A DNA stretch of 33,000 nt, taken from NCBI RefSeq assembly GCF_963921235.1, contig NC_086106.1, positions 21,483,001-21,516,000 of the forward strand. The letters run 5' to 3'. This stretch comes from Mobula hypostoma (lineage: Eukaryota). Every line of letters starts with the position of its first letter. Within the stretch, counting starts at the first letter, position 1. Shown piece after piece: positions 12,681-23,074 of this stretch. Both the position numbers and the translations under genes were made by a program. Below the pieces are notes generated by a model. That model was given only the letters and a program-made list of their open reading frames with translations. It did no database searches and had not been told where the DNA came from.

Positions 12681-13291
12681 CAGTTTTGATAATTTATTCT
12701 TAAAATGAAATTGGACGGAAATGTCCAAAAGGAAATTACCTTAATACAATTACGTCACACGTAGTGGGATATAAATGTTCACTTACTGTTACGTTAGGTT
12801 AGTCTGTACCGTAATGCGCTTGATTGTTCGAGGACCACCCTGAATTTAACGGGGTTCAGGTATAGTCCCCTCCTCTGTCTGTATGTGAATGAATGAGATC
12901 TTTCCCCGTGTCATAGTGCCCGGTCTGAATTTTGTGCATGTTGCAATAAAGACGTCAGTTAAAATATATCTTAAAAATATATCTTGTCTGTCAACATAGA
13001 CCGAATGCTCGCCGCAATACATTTGTTCTAGTCGCGACTGACAGAAGACACATTCGGAATCGAAGGACGCCAGAAGTGTAGGCATGTAATTAAAAGCGAA
13101 ATTCCACATTGTCTGAAGGCGTGTAAACTATCGAATGCACTGCAGCTGAGTACAGAACGTTAGGATTTATCTTTGACAGTTTTCGAAACGTAGAGTTTAA
13201 TGCAGATTTCTCCGTCACTGATTTTTGGCGCTCTCGGGTTTTTATACAGCTCCTTTCGTCTTTTGACACGCTGTGTAAGCCAGAACACTGA

Positions 13292-13330
13292 GGTTTGTGT
13301 GCACCTCGCTTTCTACTGTATATTTCTGTG
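13292..13330 (-). other. 23-RSS of the supporting TCR-delta V
   Basis: Minus strand reads CACAGAA + 23 nt (atatacagtagaaagcgaggtgc) + ACACAAACC, directly after the V coding end. Confidence 0.9.
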
Positions 13331-13636
13331 CTTCTCGCCGACTTATGGCACATTGGTACAATGCCGAGTCGCATATTTGCAGTTTTGAGATCTTTAACAT
13401 GGTGATTTTCTTTTCCCGATCGAGAGAACCGTAGAAGTGTCCTTAGGCAGGATTTTCCTGCTCTTGATCTCCAAAGGTATGCCTGTGGAGAAGAAATTTT
13501 GGAGGTTCTGCTTGGATTTGCCGGTACCAGTGTATCGTGTATGCACAAAATCCGAAATATTCGCAGCTTAATGTGGCAACGTCATCAGAATTAGAAGACT
13601 GTAGAGGCGGACTCTTGGACACCAGGGATAGAGGAT
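13331..13636 (-). pseudogene. TRDV: TCR-delta-type V segment, NAR-TCR 'supporting' V (STCRdV-like), in-frame stop
   Basis: Splice acceptor ttttaaattccttcAG, then xPLSLVSKSPPLQSSNSDDVATLSCEYFGFCAYTIHWYRQIQAEPPKFLLHRHTFGDQEQENPA*GHFYGSLDREKKITMLKISKLQICDSALYQCAISRRE. Canonical Cys, WYRQ and DSALYxC motifs are present, with an extra CDR1 Cys. TAA at 13443-13445; 23-RSS follows. Confidence 0.9.
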
Positions 13637-14270
13637 CTGAAGGAATTTAAAAGAGGCATCACTATTACTTTACTAACGTTACGAGATCCGCCAACCATAA
13701 GAAGTGGTGAAATATTCAAACCATCTGGTTTCGTTCTCAGTGACGTGGAGAAATTATTGGCAGAGGGTACAGCAGGAGAAATGAAATTACTGGGAGCAGA
13801 AATCGAATTACTGCATGTAGATCCTGGAAAATATGACACTTCACAAGAATGAATAATTAAAATATAGTACATTTGTGAAAACATCTCCCAGAGCCGGCAT
13901 ACAGAGAGATGGAGGATCTACCCGTCGTATCGTGTAAAATTCTATTTTTTTTTTATATGTCATGTATGTAACGGAAAGACGAAAGGGACAAAGGATTAAC
14001 GTATATACATATTTACAACGACTGATGCACTCTCTACCAATAGGTTGCTTTCTTTAATTTTGCGGATTAAGATACATGAGCAGGGAGTGATTTTCGATGT
14101 TTCGGATGAGATCCCGTGGGGTAAGGAGTACTAGTTGTTAACTAAAATACAGCCCGGGTAAACATCCAAAACATTCGGTGTAACAAAGCCCAATTTAAAG
14201 TATCTAAGCAGGCCAGAGAGCTGTTAGAGTCACTAGGTTTATAAAAAGGTGTAAGAAAATAGTAAACGGG

Positions 14271-14390
14271 CGATGTTTCAGGCAGAGACACTTCATCAGA
14301 TTATTCATAGATGCTACCTGGCTTGCGGAGATCATCTAGCACTTTGGGTGTGTTGCTTGGGCTTCCTGCATCTGTAGATTTTCTCATGTT
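14271..14390. mobile_element. Short elasmobranch repeat (Penelope/SINE-associated end) with a degenerate hammerhead-like core
   Basis: cgatgtttcaggcagagacacttcatcag..gatgctacctggcttgc..gcatctgtagattttctc resembles a common shark/ray short repeat. The minus strand reads CTGATGA-agtgtctctgcct-GAAAC. Confidence 0.55.
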
Positions 14391-15060
14391 TCGCCATCCG
14401 CTGTGCCAGGTCATCCTCCGTTTTACTTACAGTTCAGTTAGTTTGTTTTTGTTTCTTATTCTCCCTTTCACTGTTTGTTCTAATTTTGCGCGATATGGTA
14501 AAAAGATGCTGTCAACATAAGATGTTCTCAGACAATCTCTCAATGTCGCTTGCTTTGCTGTTTACACGTGGGTGTGAGGCTCATTCACAACTGGGCGTCT
14601 CCAATGACTAATTGCACAAATAGCCTGTGCATGATGAAGAGTTACTTTCTCAATTTTCCAACATGCAGTTTCTGTGGACCTGCAGTTGCTTTCAGCAAAG
14701 GACTTCCCTGAAAATATCCGTCAAACTTGATAGCGCTATGTGCTTTCGCAGCATCAGCACTTCTTCTGTTGCCACCAAAACCGCCTCCTGGAAACACAAT
14801 CAACCGCTCTGCATATATGAATGAATCCTTGCCGTTCCCCTCGCACTGCATGGGTACGGAGATGCGCCGCTTTTACTTTAATTGTACTTTTCCTAAGACG
14901 AACTCATGCCTGGCATTCCAAAGGCTTTACTTTTTTCAAGGCCAACGTTATAGCTTCTATTTCCGAAATTTCAATGAAACTTTATATATTCGACAAAACT
15001 GCCCTTGCAAGCACATTGCTGAAACGGTTTTACAAATTTCGCCAGTTCAGTAATTATCGA

Positions 15061-15112
15061 CTGTGACAATGACCGTGGACTCGGTTCCATCTAGATATCG
15101 AGTATCGTAACT
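15061..15112 (-). other. NAR-TCR-type J segment (degenerate)
   Basis: Translates as SYDTRYLDGTESTVIVT (cf. IgNAR J YGxGTxxTV). It lies about 370 nt 3' of D and is preceded by a 23-RSS. No phase-1 GT donor is present at the expected site. Confidence 0.65.
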
Positions 15113-15151
15113 CATTGTGATACGACTCTCATTCTCCCTGATACAAAAATT
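15113..15151 (-). other. 23-RSS 5' of J (degenerate heptamer)
   Basis: AATTTTTGT + exactly 23 nt + CACAATG (consensus GGTTTTTGT-23-CACTGTG). Confidence 0.65.
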
Positions 15152-15451
15152 ATCCACAACTTAGTCTATGAGCAGCCGTCATTGGACAGTTTAGAGCGAT
15201 TGCAGACTATTAAAACATCAACGACATCATCCAGTGCTCCACAAACATCCGTGAAGCTGCCTGTAATAAAGAATATACGATAAAAAGCCACATTATACTT
15301 TCGGAATATCGGTTCCTAAACTGCAACAAATGTCAAAAATAATATCCTGAAAGTGGAAAACTTAATGGATGTGACTGGATCACAGAGCAAAAGTAATCAA
15401 TCATATGTTTCTATTTTCCCATACCAGAATATATACTTTTACGGTGCCAAA

Positions 15452-15521
15452 AGTTTTTCTTCGGTTACCATCTATTGTGTATATCCCAAAATCCACAGTG
15501 TTTTATGTCAGGTTCATATCG
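15452..15521 (-). other. D segment (15480-15493) with flanking RSSs
   Basis: CACTGTG-[GATTTTGGGATATA]-CACAATA + 12 nt + AGAAAAACT. The 3' 12-RSS is good. The 5' heptamer is perfect but its nonamer is degenerate. Confidence 0.85.
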
Positions 15522-15832
15522 CAGAACAGGTGTAGGCTGTAGATAACAGCTTCCCAACTACTAGTCGAGCTTCCATGCTGTTCGAGTCGGGTGCCATCTG
15601 AAGGAAGGGATTGAAAAGGCAGGAAATTATTCTCATTTTCTGTTCTCTACAAAGTAGTTGCGAAAGGTCGTTTTGTACATGCATTTTAAGAAGAGCCAAG
15701 ATGTGGAGCATGAACAGTATATTTCCTGCCCCATTGCAAAATATACTGTATGGTATGCAGCCAAACTGCTTCCTTGAATTACGGGCAGATTAACTCCGTA
15801 CATTAAGCAGTTGATGGGGTAATTTTCTTCTT

Positions 15833-15871
15833 CTATTCGAGTAAGGCGGGAATCCCTTGGCAAGCTCCGTG
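15833..15871 (-). other. Degenerate 22/23-RSS of the NAR-like V
   Basis: Heptamer CACGGAG directly after the V end. The nonamer is poorly conserved (ACTCGAATA at a 22-nt spacer). Confidence 0.5.
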
Positions 15872-16159
15872 TATAGTAATATTTATATCTAAGTTTACAG
15901 AAATAGGTGGCGCTGCCCTTAACTGCAAGATTCATAATTTTCAGGGTAATTGTCATTTCTGCTTTATTTTCCGTTGTAATAAATCTTCCTCGTGTGTAGA
16001 CCCGCTCCTTCGCTGTTGCTGGCTGCGTCTGTTTAAAGAACTGTCCGGTTACAAATTCATCTGACTATCTAGCATGGAACCTGCATGTGATGGTGAAAGA
16101 TTGCCACTCATTTTTTGTCACCGTTGTTGGACAATGGGTCACGGAATGGCTGAAGAGAA
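15872..16159 (-). pseudogene. IgNAR-like V exon of NAR-TCR (NTCR V), in-frame stop
   Basis: Acceptor ttatttttcAG, then (L)LFSHSVTHCPTTVTKNEWQSFTITCRFHAR*SDEFVTGQFFKQTQPATAKERVYTRGRFITTENKAEMTITLKIMNLAVKGSATYFCKLRYKYYY. This has the short NAR-type fold lacking conventional CDR2 (cf. VEQTPxTxTKETGESLTINC..GRYVETVN..SFSLRI.DL.VEDSGTY.C). TAG at 16065-16067. Confidence 0.88.
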
Positions 16160-16306
16160 CTGAAAAATAAGAATATGTAGAAGCGAAATGTCATTAGATT
16201 TGAGACACGCAAGAATGCTAGTACTATGACCTCATGAAGTTCTCATTGTACTTGTTCAGTTTTATATTTAAGTCTCAGAGTACTGAACGTTGTGACCGAT
16301 ACTTAC

Positions 16307-16352
16307 GGCGAAAGCAGAGGCACAATGTAACATTCAAGAAAAAGTTCATCAT
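16307..16352 (-). pseudogene. Leader exon of the NAR-like V
   Basis: ATG ATG AAC TTT TTC TTG.. encodes MMNFFLNVTLCLCFR + 1 nt (46 nt), then a perfect GTAAGT donor. The 147-nt intron joins the V exon in frame (phase 1). It resembles IgNAR leaders (MNIFLL..). Confidence 0.88.
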
Positions 16353-16359
16353 TTCGTCT

Positions 16360-16520
16360 CCGCGTATCAGATGGTTTCCATTACGGAGAGCTGGAATGTT
16401 GTGGCAGGTTATTCCTCAAAACTGGACAGAGACTCCTCAGCTGGTTGCTGTTCTAGGTTTACGCAATTACTGCTCAGTTTCCGAATTACGTTTTATGCGA
16501 GAAAGCGTCAGGTTGAAGTA
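16360..16520 (-). promoter_or_regulatory. Putative V promoter region
   Basis: Position 5' of the leader ATG. E-boxes CAGATG (16368-16373) and CAGCTG (16438-16443), and a half-CRE (CGTCA, 16506-16510). No Ig octamer was seen here. Such short motifs also occur by chance. Confidence 0.25.
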
Positions 16521-17842
16521 GCAATTGCTATGGTTTAGTTTACACTCAAGGTCTTTGCAATAGTTTGCAAAACTTTTCGTGTCACAAGGTTTATAAATAT
16601 ATCACCAGCCATCTCCATATGTCTACAGAGGTGTAGTCAACGAGATAGAGAACGGCAAGAAAGTGTCAGAAATGCAATAGGTGTTTTCAGGGGGGCTGTG
16701 GAATTTGGAGGAAAGTTGAGAAATTTCAGGAGTTCATCAAGTTTCCATGAAGCAACACCAGTGCAGTCGTCCATGCAGCGCAGGAAGAGTTAGGGACCGT
16801 TGGAAAGCTACCAGTGTAGCCTTAGGTCACTGACTCTTCTACGTAGGTGATTGAAATATAGGGATAGCGGAGGAAGGGGCGAATGCGTGGGGGCAGGAGG
16901 AGCATGCAGATAGCCACGGCTGCACCGTAGATTCGGAAAAAAAGTGGGGCGAGCCGAAAGAAAAAAAAAACTGGTGTGTGTGAGAACCAGCTCCGCAATC
17001 TTGTTCGGTTTTCCTGCTGTTTATTTACGAGGTAAAGTGTGTGATAAGATCAGTTGCACTCTGGCTAATTTAGCCGAAGTACTTCCTCTATACAGTCAAC
17101 CACATTATTCTATTATCAACAAATCCAGTTGCTAGAAAACTCACACAACTGAGCCTGCAATGACATGCAGATTAGCCGATCTACTTCAGTACCGGTACGA
17201 GTGCATTTTCGGTCCTCCTGAATTCCATACATTGCTGATGGACTATGAATCTAGGGATATAACAATCTTTATTTATTCGGTGAGTACTGATAGTGCTGAC
17301 TAAAATTGAGTGCGCAGATGAATTTGAACATTTATTTCAAGACATATTCAAGGAAGTCATGTAGTGTAATATCAAAATGAAGTCAAACAACCTTTTTGTG
17401 TTATTTCCCTGAGTTCGTTTTCCCACGCTCATCATATCGTTCTCACTTTCACTCTCATTCAGACTCTGAGTGTCACGCTGCTTATTACCCACTATGAGTC
17501 ACTGAAACGGAATCAGAAATTAACAGCTTGAATGCTGGAACTGCAGCACACCATCAGACAGAAACCGTTACGGTGCCTGGCATCGTCGTGCGTGTATTTG
17601 TGATATGGATTGTAATGTTTTCGTGATGCATTCATTTCTTAATATAGAAACATGACAATCAGTTCATGAGTTCGTTGGACATTGTTTCATTCCAGCTCAT
17701 TAAAACTATATGTCGCCTACCGGGGCCCAATGCAAAACGTTTATCAGCGCTTTCACAATCTTAATTTTTGAAGGATTAACAGGAATGTGACGGAAAAACT
17801 GATCGTTACATGTTATGTATATCTCCGTGTAGGTATATATGA

Positions 17843-17845
<3 letters not shown>

Positions 17846-17887
<42 letters not shown>

Positions 17888-17895
17888 TGTGTGTT
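17846..17895. repeat. (TG)n microsatellite
   Basis: Direct read of the sequence. Confidence 0.95.
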
Positions 17896-18129
17896 TACGT
17901 TTCTTTGCGTACGGCAGTTTTTGGATGCTCAGTTTCAATAATATGTGCACATAATATATGAAAACTAAAGTCTCAGAACGATGCATATGGCAAAAGAATG
18001 TACACTTATTGCGATTCTAAAGCAAGTTCGATTTTCTTCGAATTACGCCAGTAGTTACCACATGCGGCTAAGATTTTTAACCGCTTCACATGAAAAGGCA
18101 CAATGAACAGTTCAGCGTACACATGGTTT

Positions 18130-20290
18130 TTAATTTGGACAAGACTATAAGACCATATGACATACGAACAGAAATGAGGCCATTAGATCCTTCGACTCTG
18201 CTACGCCATTCAATCATGGTTGATCCTTTTTTTCCATCATCCTGAACCCCATTTCCCGACAATTTCCCCGTATTTTTTGATACCATGGTCAATCAAGAAC
18301 TTATCAATCTCTGCCTTAAGTACATCAGGCCTCCACAGCTGCATATGGCGGCAATATAAAACAAAAAAAAAAATCACCACTCTCTGGCAAAATAAATGCC
18401 TGTGCATCTCTCTTTTGTATAGACTCCCCTTTATCCAGAGGCTGTGTCACCTTGACTTAAACTCTTGCACTACGGGAAACAGCCTTTCCGCATCCAATCA
18501 CACTAGGCCGTTCATCATTTGAAAGGTTTCAATGAGGTTCCGCTCATCCTTCTAAATTCTAGTAGGTACAGAGCCGGAACCATGAAACATTTCTCTTTCA
18601 TTCCTAGATTTATTCTTGTGACCCTCCTGTGAACGATCTCCAAGCCAGCTCATCTTTTCTGCGATGAGCAACACAAAACTGTTTACAGTACGGAGGACGA
18701 GGCCTCACTAGTGCCTAAGAAATGCTAAAATAGCAGTTTTCATACTCAACACCCGCTCAGCCTGCACGTTATCCGAAAGGTGTTCAGCAAAAGAATCCCA
18801 AGTCCTTTTGCATCCAGATTTTTGGATTTTCTCCCCTTTCTGAATGTAGTCCGAACATTTATTTCTACTACCAAACAGGCTTACCATGCAGTTTCCATCA
18901 TGATATTTTATCGGTTACTTACTTGCCCATTCTCCTCATCAATCTAATTCTTTCTGCATCCTATCTGTTTCCTCAACACTACCTGCCCCTCGACGAATCT
19001 TCGTATTATCTATAAACCTGGCTAAAAACATCTATTTCATCATCTAAACATTTTATACACAGTATAAAAAAGAACTGATCCCAACACCGACCACTAGTCA
19101 CTGGCACCCAAGCGGAAAATGATCCACTGTACCCATTCGCTACCTCTTTCCAATCAGCCAATGCTCTATCTTCCCTGTCATAGAACAATCTCTGAACTTG
19201 GGTGGCAGCCTCATGTGGGAACCTTGTCAAAGGCCTTCTGCATACAAAATACACTGCATCCGCTGTATCCCCTTTATCTATCATACTTGTAATCACGTTA
19301 AAATTTAGAGCAAGCTTGTCAGGGAATATTTTCCTTTACGGAAACAAACTGACTTTGTCATAGTTTTCCCCCTGTCACAAAGTAGTCCAACACCTCAGCC
19401 TCAAAAATTGGCTTTGCTTCCAAACAACTGCGTCAGGAGAACTGTTCTATAATGTCCTTTCTGCTGCCTTACATCTCTCATAAAGTGTGGATTGACATTT
19501 GCAATTTTCCTGTAATCTGACAACATGCCAGAGTCAAATCACATTTGGAAGATCATTGCTAATGCCGCCACAGTTAATAACGTTACCTCTTTCCGATGCA
19601 CAGGTGCCTTATGTACCTGAATGTCTTTCTGCTTTCAGAGCACCTTCTCCCATGTAATATTAACTGCACCCTCTTTTCTTCATTCACGCGTTACAACATC
19701 TGGCACACTGCTCGCTTCTCGCACAGTGAAAACTGATGCAAAATAATTCTGCCCCATTATTATTTCTCCTGCTCCACTTTATAGCGGTGCTATATCCAAT
19801 TCTAATTTCTCTATTTTTTAACAAAATTAAAAAAAGCTTTTATGATCCGCTTTGATATTATCCGTTAGCTTGCTTTCATATTTCTTCTTTCCCTTTTAAC
19901 AATTCACTTAATTGCTCTCTGCAGGTTTTTTAAAAAACTCTCCAATCTTTTATCATTCGACTATTTTTGCTTAGTTTTACGCCCTCTCCTTTATTTTACA
20001 AAAGCTTTGTCTTCCCTTATCAGCCACGGCTTTAAAATTTTGCCAGTTTAGTGTTTATTCACTTTTGGTATACACATCCCCTAGGCGTTCCTCATTTTAC
20101 CCAAGACCATACGCCATTGCTGCTTTGCTAACATCCCTGCCAGCAACTCTTTCCAATTTACGTTGGCTAACTCTTCTCACATAACACTGCAATTTTCCTT
20201 CCTCTGCTGAAATACTGCTACTTTAGAATTTACATTCGACCTATCAAGTTTTAAGTTATACTCAAACGTAATACACTCTAGGGACCGGCA
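18130..20290 (-). mobile_element. Old degenerate CR1 LINE (RT to 3' end)
   Basis: Antisense 3' UTR and tail (ataagaccatatgacat..ggccatt..ccattcaatcatgg). The minus ORF reads IDKGDTADAVYF..RPLTRFPH (cf. D.G..VDVVYLDF.KAFDKVPH). Confidence 0.8.
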
Positions 20291-20399
20291 ACTGCATTTT
20301 TTTTTTAAAGACAAAGGCAGGTCAGGTGCTGACAGCGTGAACAGTGAACTCGAAAGTTAGGTGGGGCGGCCACATGATTAAGCAGATAAGGAATTTAAT

Positions 20400-20830
20400 G
20401 TGCATCTCATGTCATTTTGACGTATGAAACCGAAATTACAAGGGCTTTCCAGAAAAAGAAAAGTGGCCACATCATACTGAGACTATTTAATTGACACAGT
20501 GTAGTCCAGAAGGCATGGATGGAAAATCCGCAGAATATATCAATATAAATGAATGAAATGATGTTACACAGGATCGGAAGATGTTGAAACATTGTCAGTA
20601 CAGTGAAGAAACTGCAAGCATAAAAGGAAACTAATCGGAGTTATATACAAAGCACCCACAGGACCTGAGAGGTGAACCACATATTACATTAGGAAATAGA
20701 AAAAAAAAAAGACTGGTCAAAATAGGAATGTTATGATAGGCATGCGTGATTTTAACATGAAGGTCGATTCTGAAAATCGCGTTTGTAATGCATTTGAGGA
20801 GAGTGAGTTGTTGAATTACTTATACCTCAG
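20400..20830 (+). mobile_element. Old CR1 endonuclease fragment
   Basis: Degenerate ..LIGVIYK.P...VMIG..DFN.. endonuclease segment. Confidence 0.45.
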
Positions 20831-22500
20831 GGCATTGCTGAATGGAGGCCAGATATAGAGCACTTCAGCACAGAGAGAATGCTCAAAGGGTATTAAAAAT
20901 AGCCGATGGTTTCATTGTTAAGAGGGCTGCTGCTAGCGCTGGGATTTCCAATAAGCCAATATCGAGTGTTGCTGTCCTGATTAGACGGGCAGACACATAA
21001 ATACCCTACAATATGCAGCGAGCAGTGGTTCTCTTGGGAGAAGTCCACATGCAGAAGAAGGCGCATAAAATTGTATTTAGAAGTAAACATAATCATCAAG
21101 CACGTATATTATCGAGTAACAAAAATTGAAACTGACGTAACTGCATTAACTCATCAACAGCTTATTAGCAAAATATTCCTTCATGTTAGTAAATACACAA
21201 TGAATGGTAGAATTATTATTAAATTAATCTATTCTCTAAAGAGATGTTTTAACAAAAAAAAAACATGAATGAGAACAAGAGCTAGATTGAAGCCAAAGTA
21301 AAGATTGCAGTTGTGCTATTCAAACAAGTAATGTGGTGACGCAATCCGAAGAGTTCACGGAAGTTAAATTAATTCTACAATTGTTCCATAACCGGACTGG
21401 CATTGCAAAAAACACAGACGTAGAGTGTTGACAGAATGTTGTTGACGTCTATGAGTTTACAGACAAAATTATGCTAACAATTAACACCCCACTGACATAA
21501 TACATGGACACTGAAGCAACAAAAAGACGTTACTTGCCAACGAAAGCATGCAATCAACATTTGCCAAAAGAAAAAAAAAGGTCATATTCTCAACAATAGT
21601 ATATTATGACAATATTTAGGAAAACTCGAAACAGTTGTAAAACTGCACACTCCACTCCATTAATATTAACAGCCAAAAACGAAAAACAAAACAAAAAAAA
21701 AAAAAAGAACAGCATTAGGAAAATATCCAAGGCACTTTTCCAGGAGGAATCTCAAAGCCGAATTTAGTTTTATCGATCTCTATAAAATGAAGTGAACGAA
21801 AATAATGTATCAAATCAGAGATTACTAAACGAATGATACTGAAATTTGACTCGAATAAACATCGACGATTTGTCGTTTTACGCTGCGTCATGAGATCAGC
21901 AAAACCGAATAATTCAAATATTAGTGAAAAATAGATATATAAACACGAATTTTGGATACATAAGAGCAGAATATTAAAAGAAAAAAAATAAAGGTGCAGT
22001 AGAGAGAGTACGATATAACGCAGGATTCAATAGAATTGATGAATGAATACGAAACAGACAAATATCTTATCTGGAATACCAGCAAGCAACGAGAAAAGAT
22101 CATGGCATGATAAAGGGAAAACATTCGAAATAATATACATAAAATCTTATGAAAATCTGCCAAAATGAGCTCCGCATTAAACACACCACAAAACAATGTG
22201 CATGTTTGTTACAGTTCTATTAATGTATCCTTTTGGCATTATATTTCGGTACGATACTAATTTGGTAAATTACAAACAAAATATAAAATTACAAAAAAAC
22301 TTTCGAAAACGCTATGTTTACTCGACGCATTTAATCCAGTACTACTTGGGCAGAGGTACAAAGAGGTTGAAAATATATTGCAATAATCTACACAACAGTG
22401 TAACAGAATTTGTAACGATATAATCTCATCAACGAAAACGCGGTTCATCACTGCATGCGAGCATATGCAATCCTGATAAGGAGTTAACACAACTAAACTC
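20830..22500 (+). mobile_element. Degenerate R4/Dong-clade relic, copy 2
   Basis: Translates YLEVNIIIKHVYYRVTKIETDVT and TDKIMLTI. It is colinear with 1930-4000 (shared ttacagacaaaattatgcta, gtatattatcgagt and atctgccaaa). Confidence 0.75.
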
Positions 22501-22529
22501 AGATGAAGCCTCAACTAGGAAGCATGATG

Positions 22530-23070
22530 AAATAGATTAGAATAGATTAGATTCAACTTTATTGTCCTTGTGCCGAGTACAGATACAAAACCAATCAAAT
22601 GAAATTAGCATCTGACCAGAAGTGCAAAAAAAAAAGTATTATTTACAAAATAACTGCGAATAAAAAGGAAGTGCTACAGCACCCAAATATAAAAATACTG
22701 AGACAGTACAATATGGATACAATACTGCTTAGCACGCAGATGTGTGGTTCAGCAGGAGCAAAGCCTCAGGGAGGAAGCTCTAGCTGAGGCTGCTGGTGCT
22801 GAAGTACAGGTTCCTGTAGCACCTACCGGATGGGAGGAGAATAAGAAGTCCATGGTTAGGGTGAGATGCATCTTTGATAATGCGTTTCGCCCTCCCCATG
22901 CAGCGTTTACTAGAGAGATTCTCAATGGTGTGCACTTGGTTCCCGCTAATCCGCTGAGCAGTTTTCAGCACCCCGTGGAGCTTTATGCCGTCCGACACGG
23001 GAAAATTGTCATACCACGCTGAGATGCAGTTGGTGAGTATGTTCTCAATGGTACAGCGTTAAATGTCCGT
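22530..23070 (-). mobile_element. Rex1/Babar LINE 3' end
   Basis: ORF LHGVLKTAQRISG..RAKRIIKDASHPNHGL..LLPSGRCYR, with an antisense AATAAAGTTGAAT(CTAAT)n tail at about 22535-22565. Confidence 0.9.
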
Positions 23071-23074
23071 CAGT

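Noticed and set aside
13090-13884. ORF-track ORFs 13090-13548(-), 13200-13388(+) and 13591-13884(-), plus an open + frame at about 13591-13851
   Set aside because: These are alternative or antisense frames over the V-delta exon and its intron. The real V frame is a different one, broken by a stop.
14560-14870. V-like phrase on the minus strand (HICRAVDCVSRRRFWWQQK) with a weak RSS-like motif
   Set aside because: No in-frame second Cys motif, multiple stops, no credible acceptor or heptamer. Treated as intron, though an ancient V relic cannot be excluded.
14727-15053. 108-aa + ORF with a signal-peptide-like start
   Set aside because: Antisense to the cassette intron next to J, with no domain similarity.
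15367-15387. CTCTGTG-atccagt-CACATCC, a possible second D
   Set aside because: Both heptamers are poor and neither has a nonamer at 12 or 23 nt.
19722-19750. Perfect CACAGTG heptamer
   Set aside because: It lies inside an antisense CR1 and has no nonamer.
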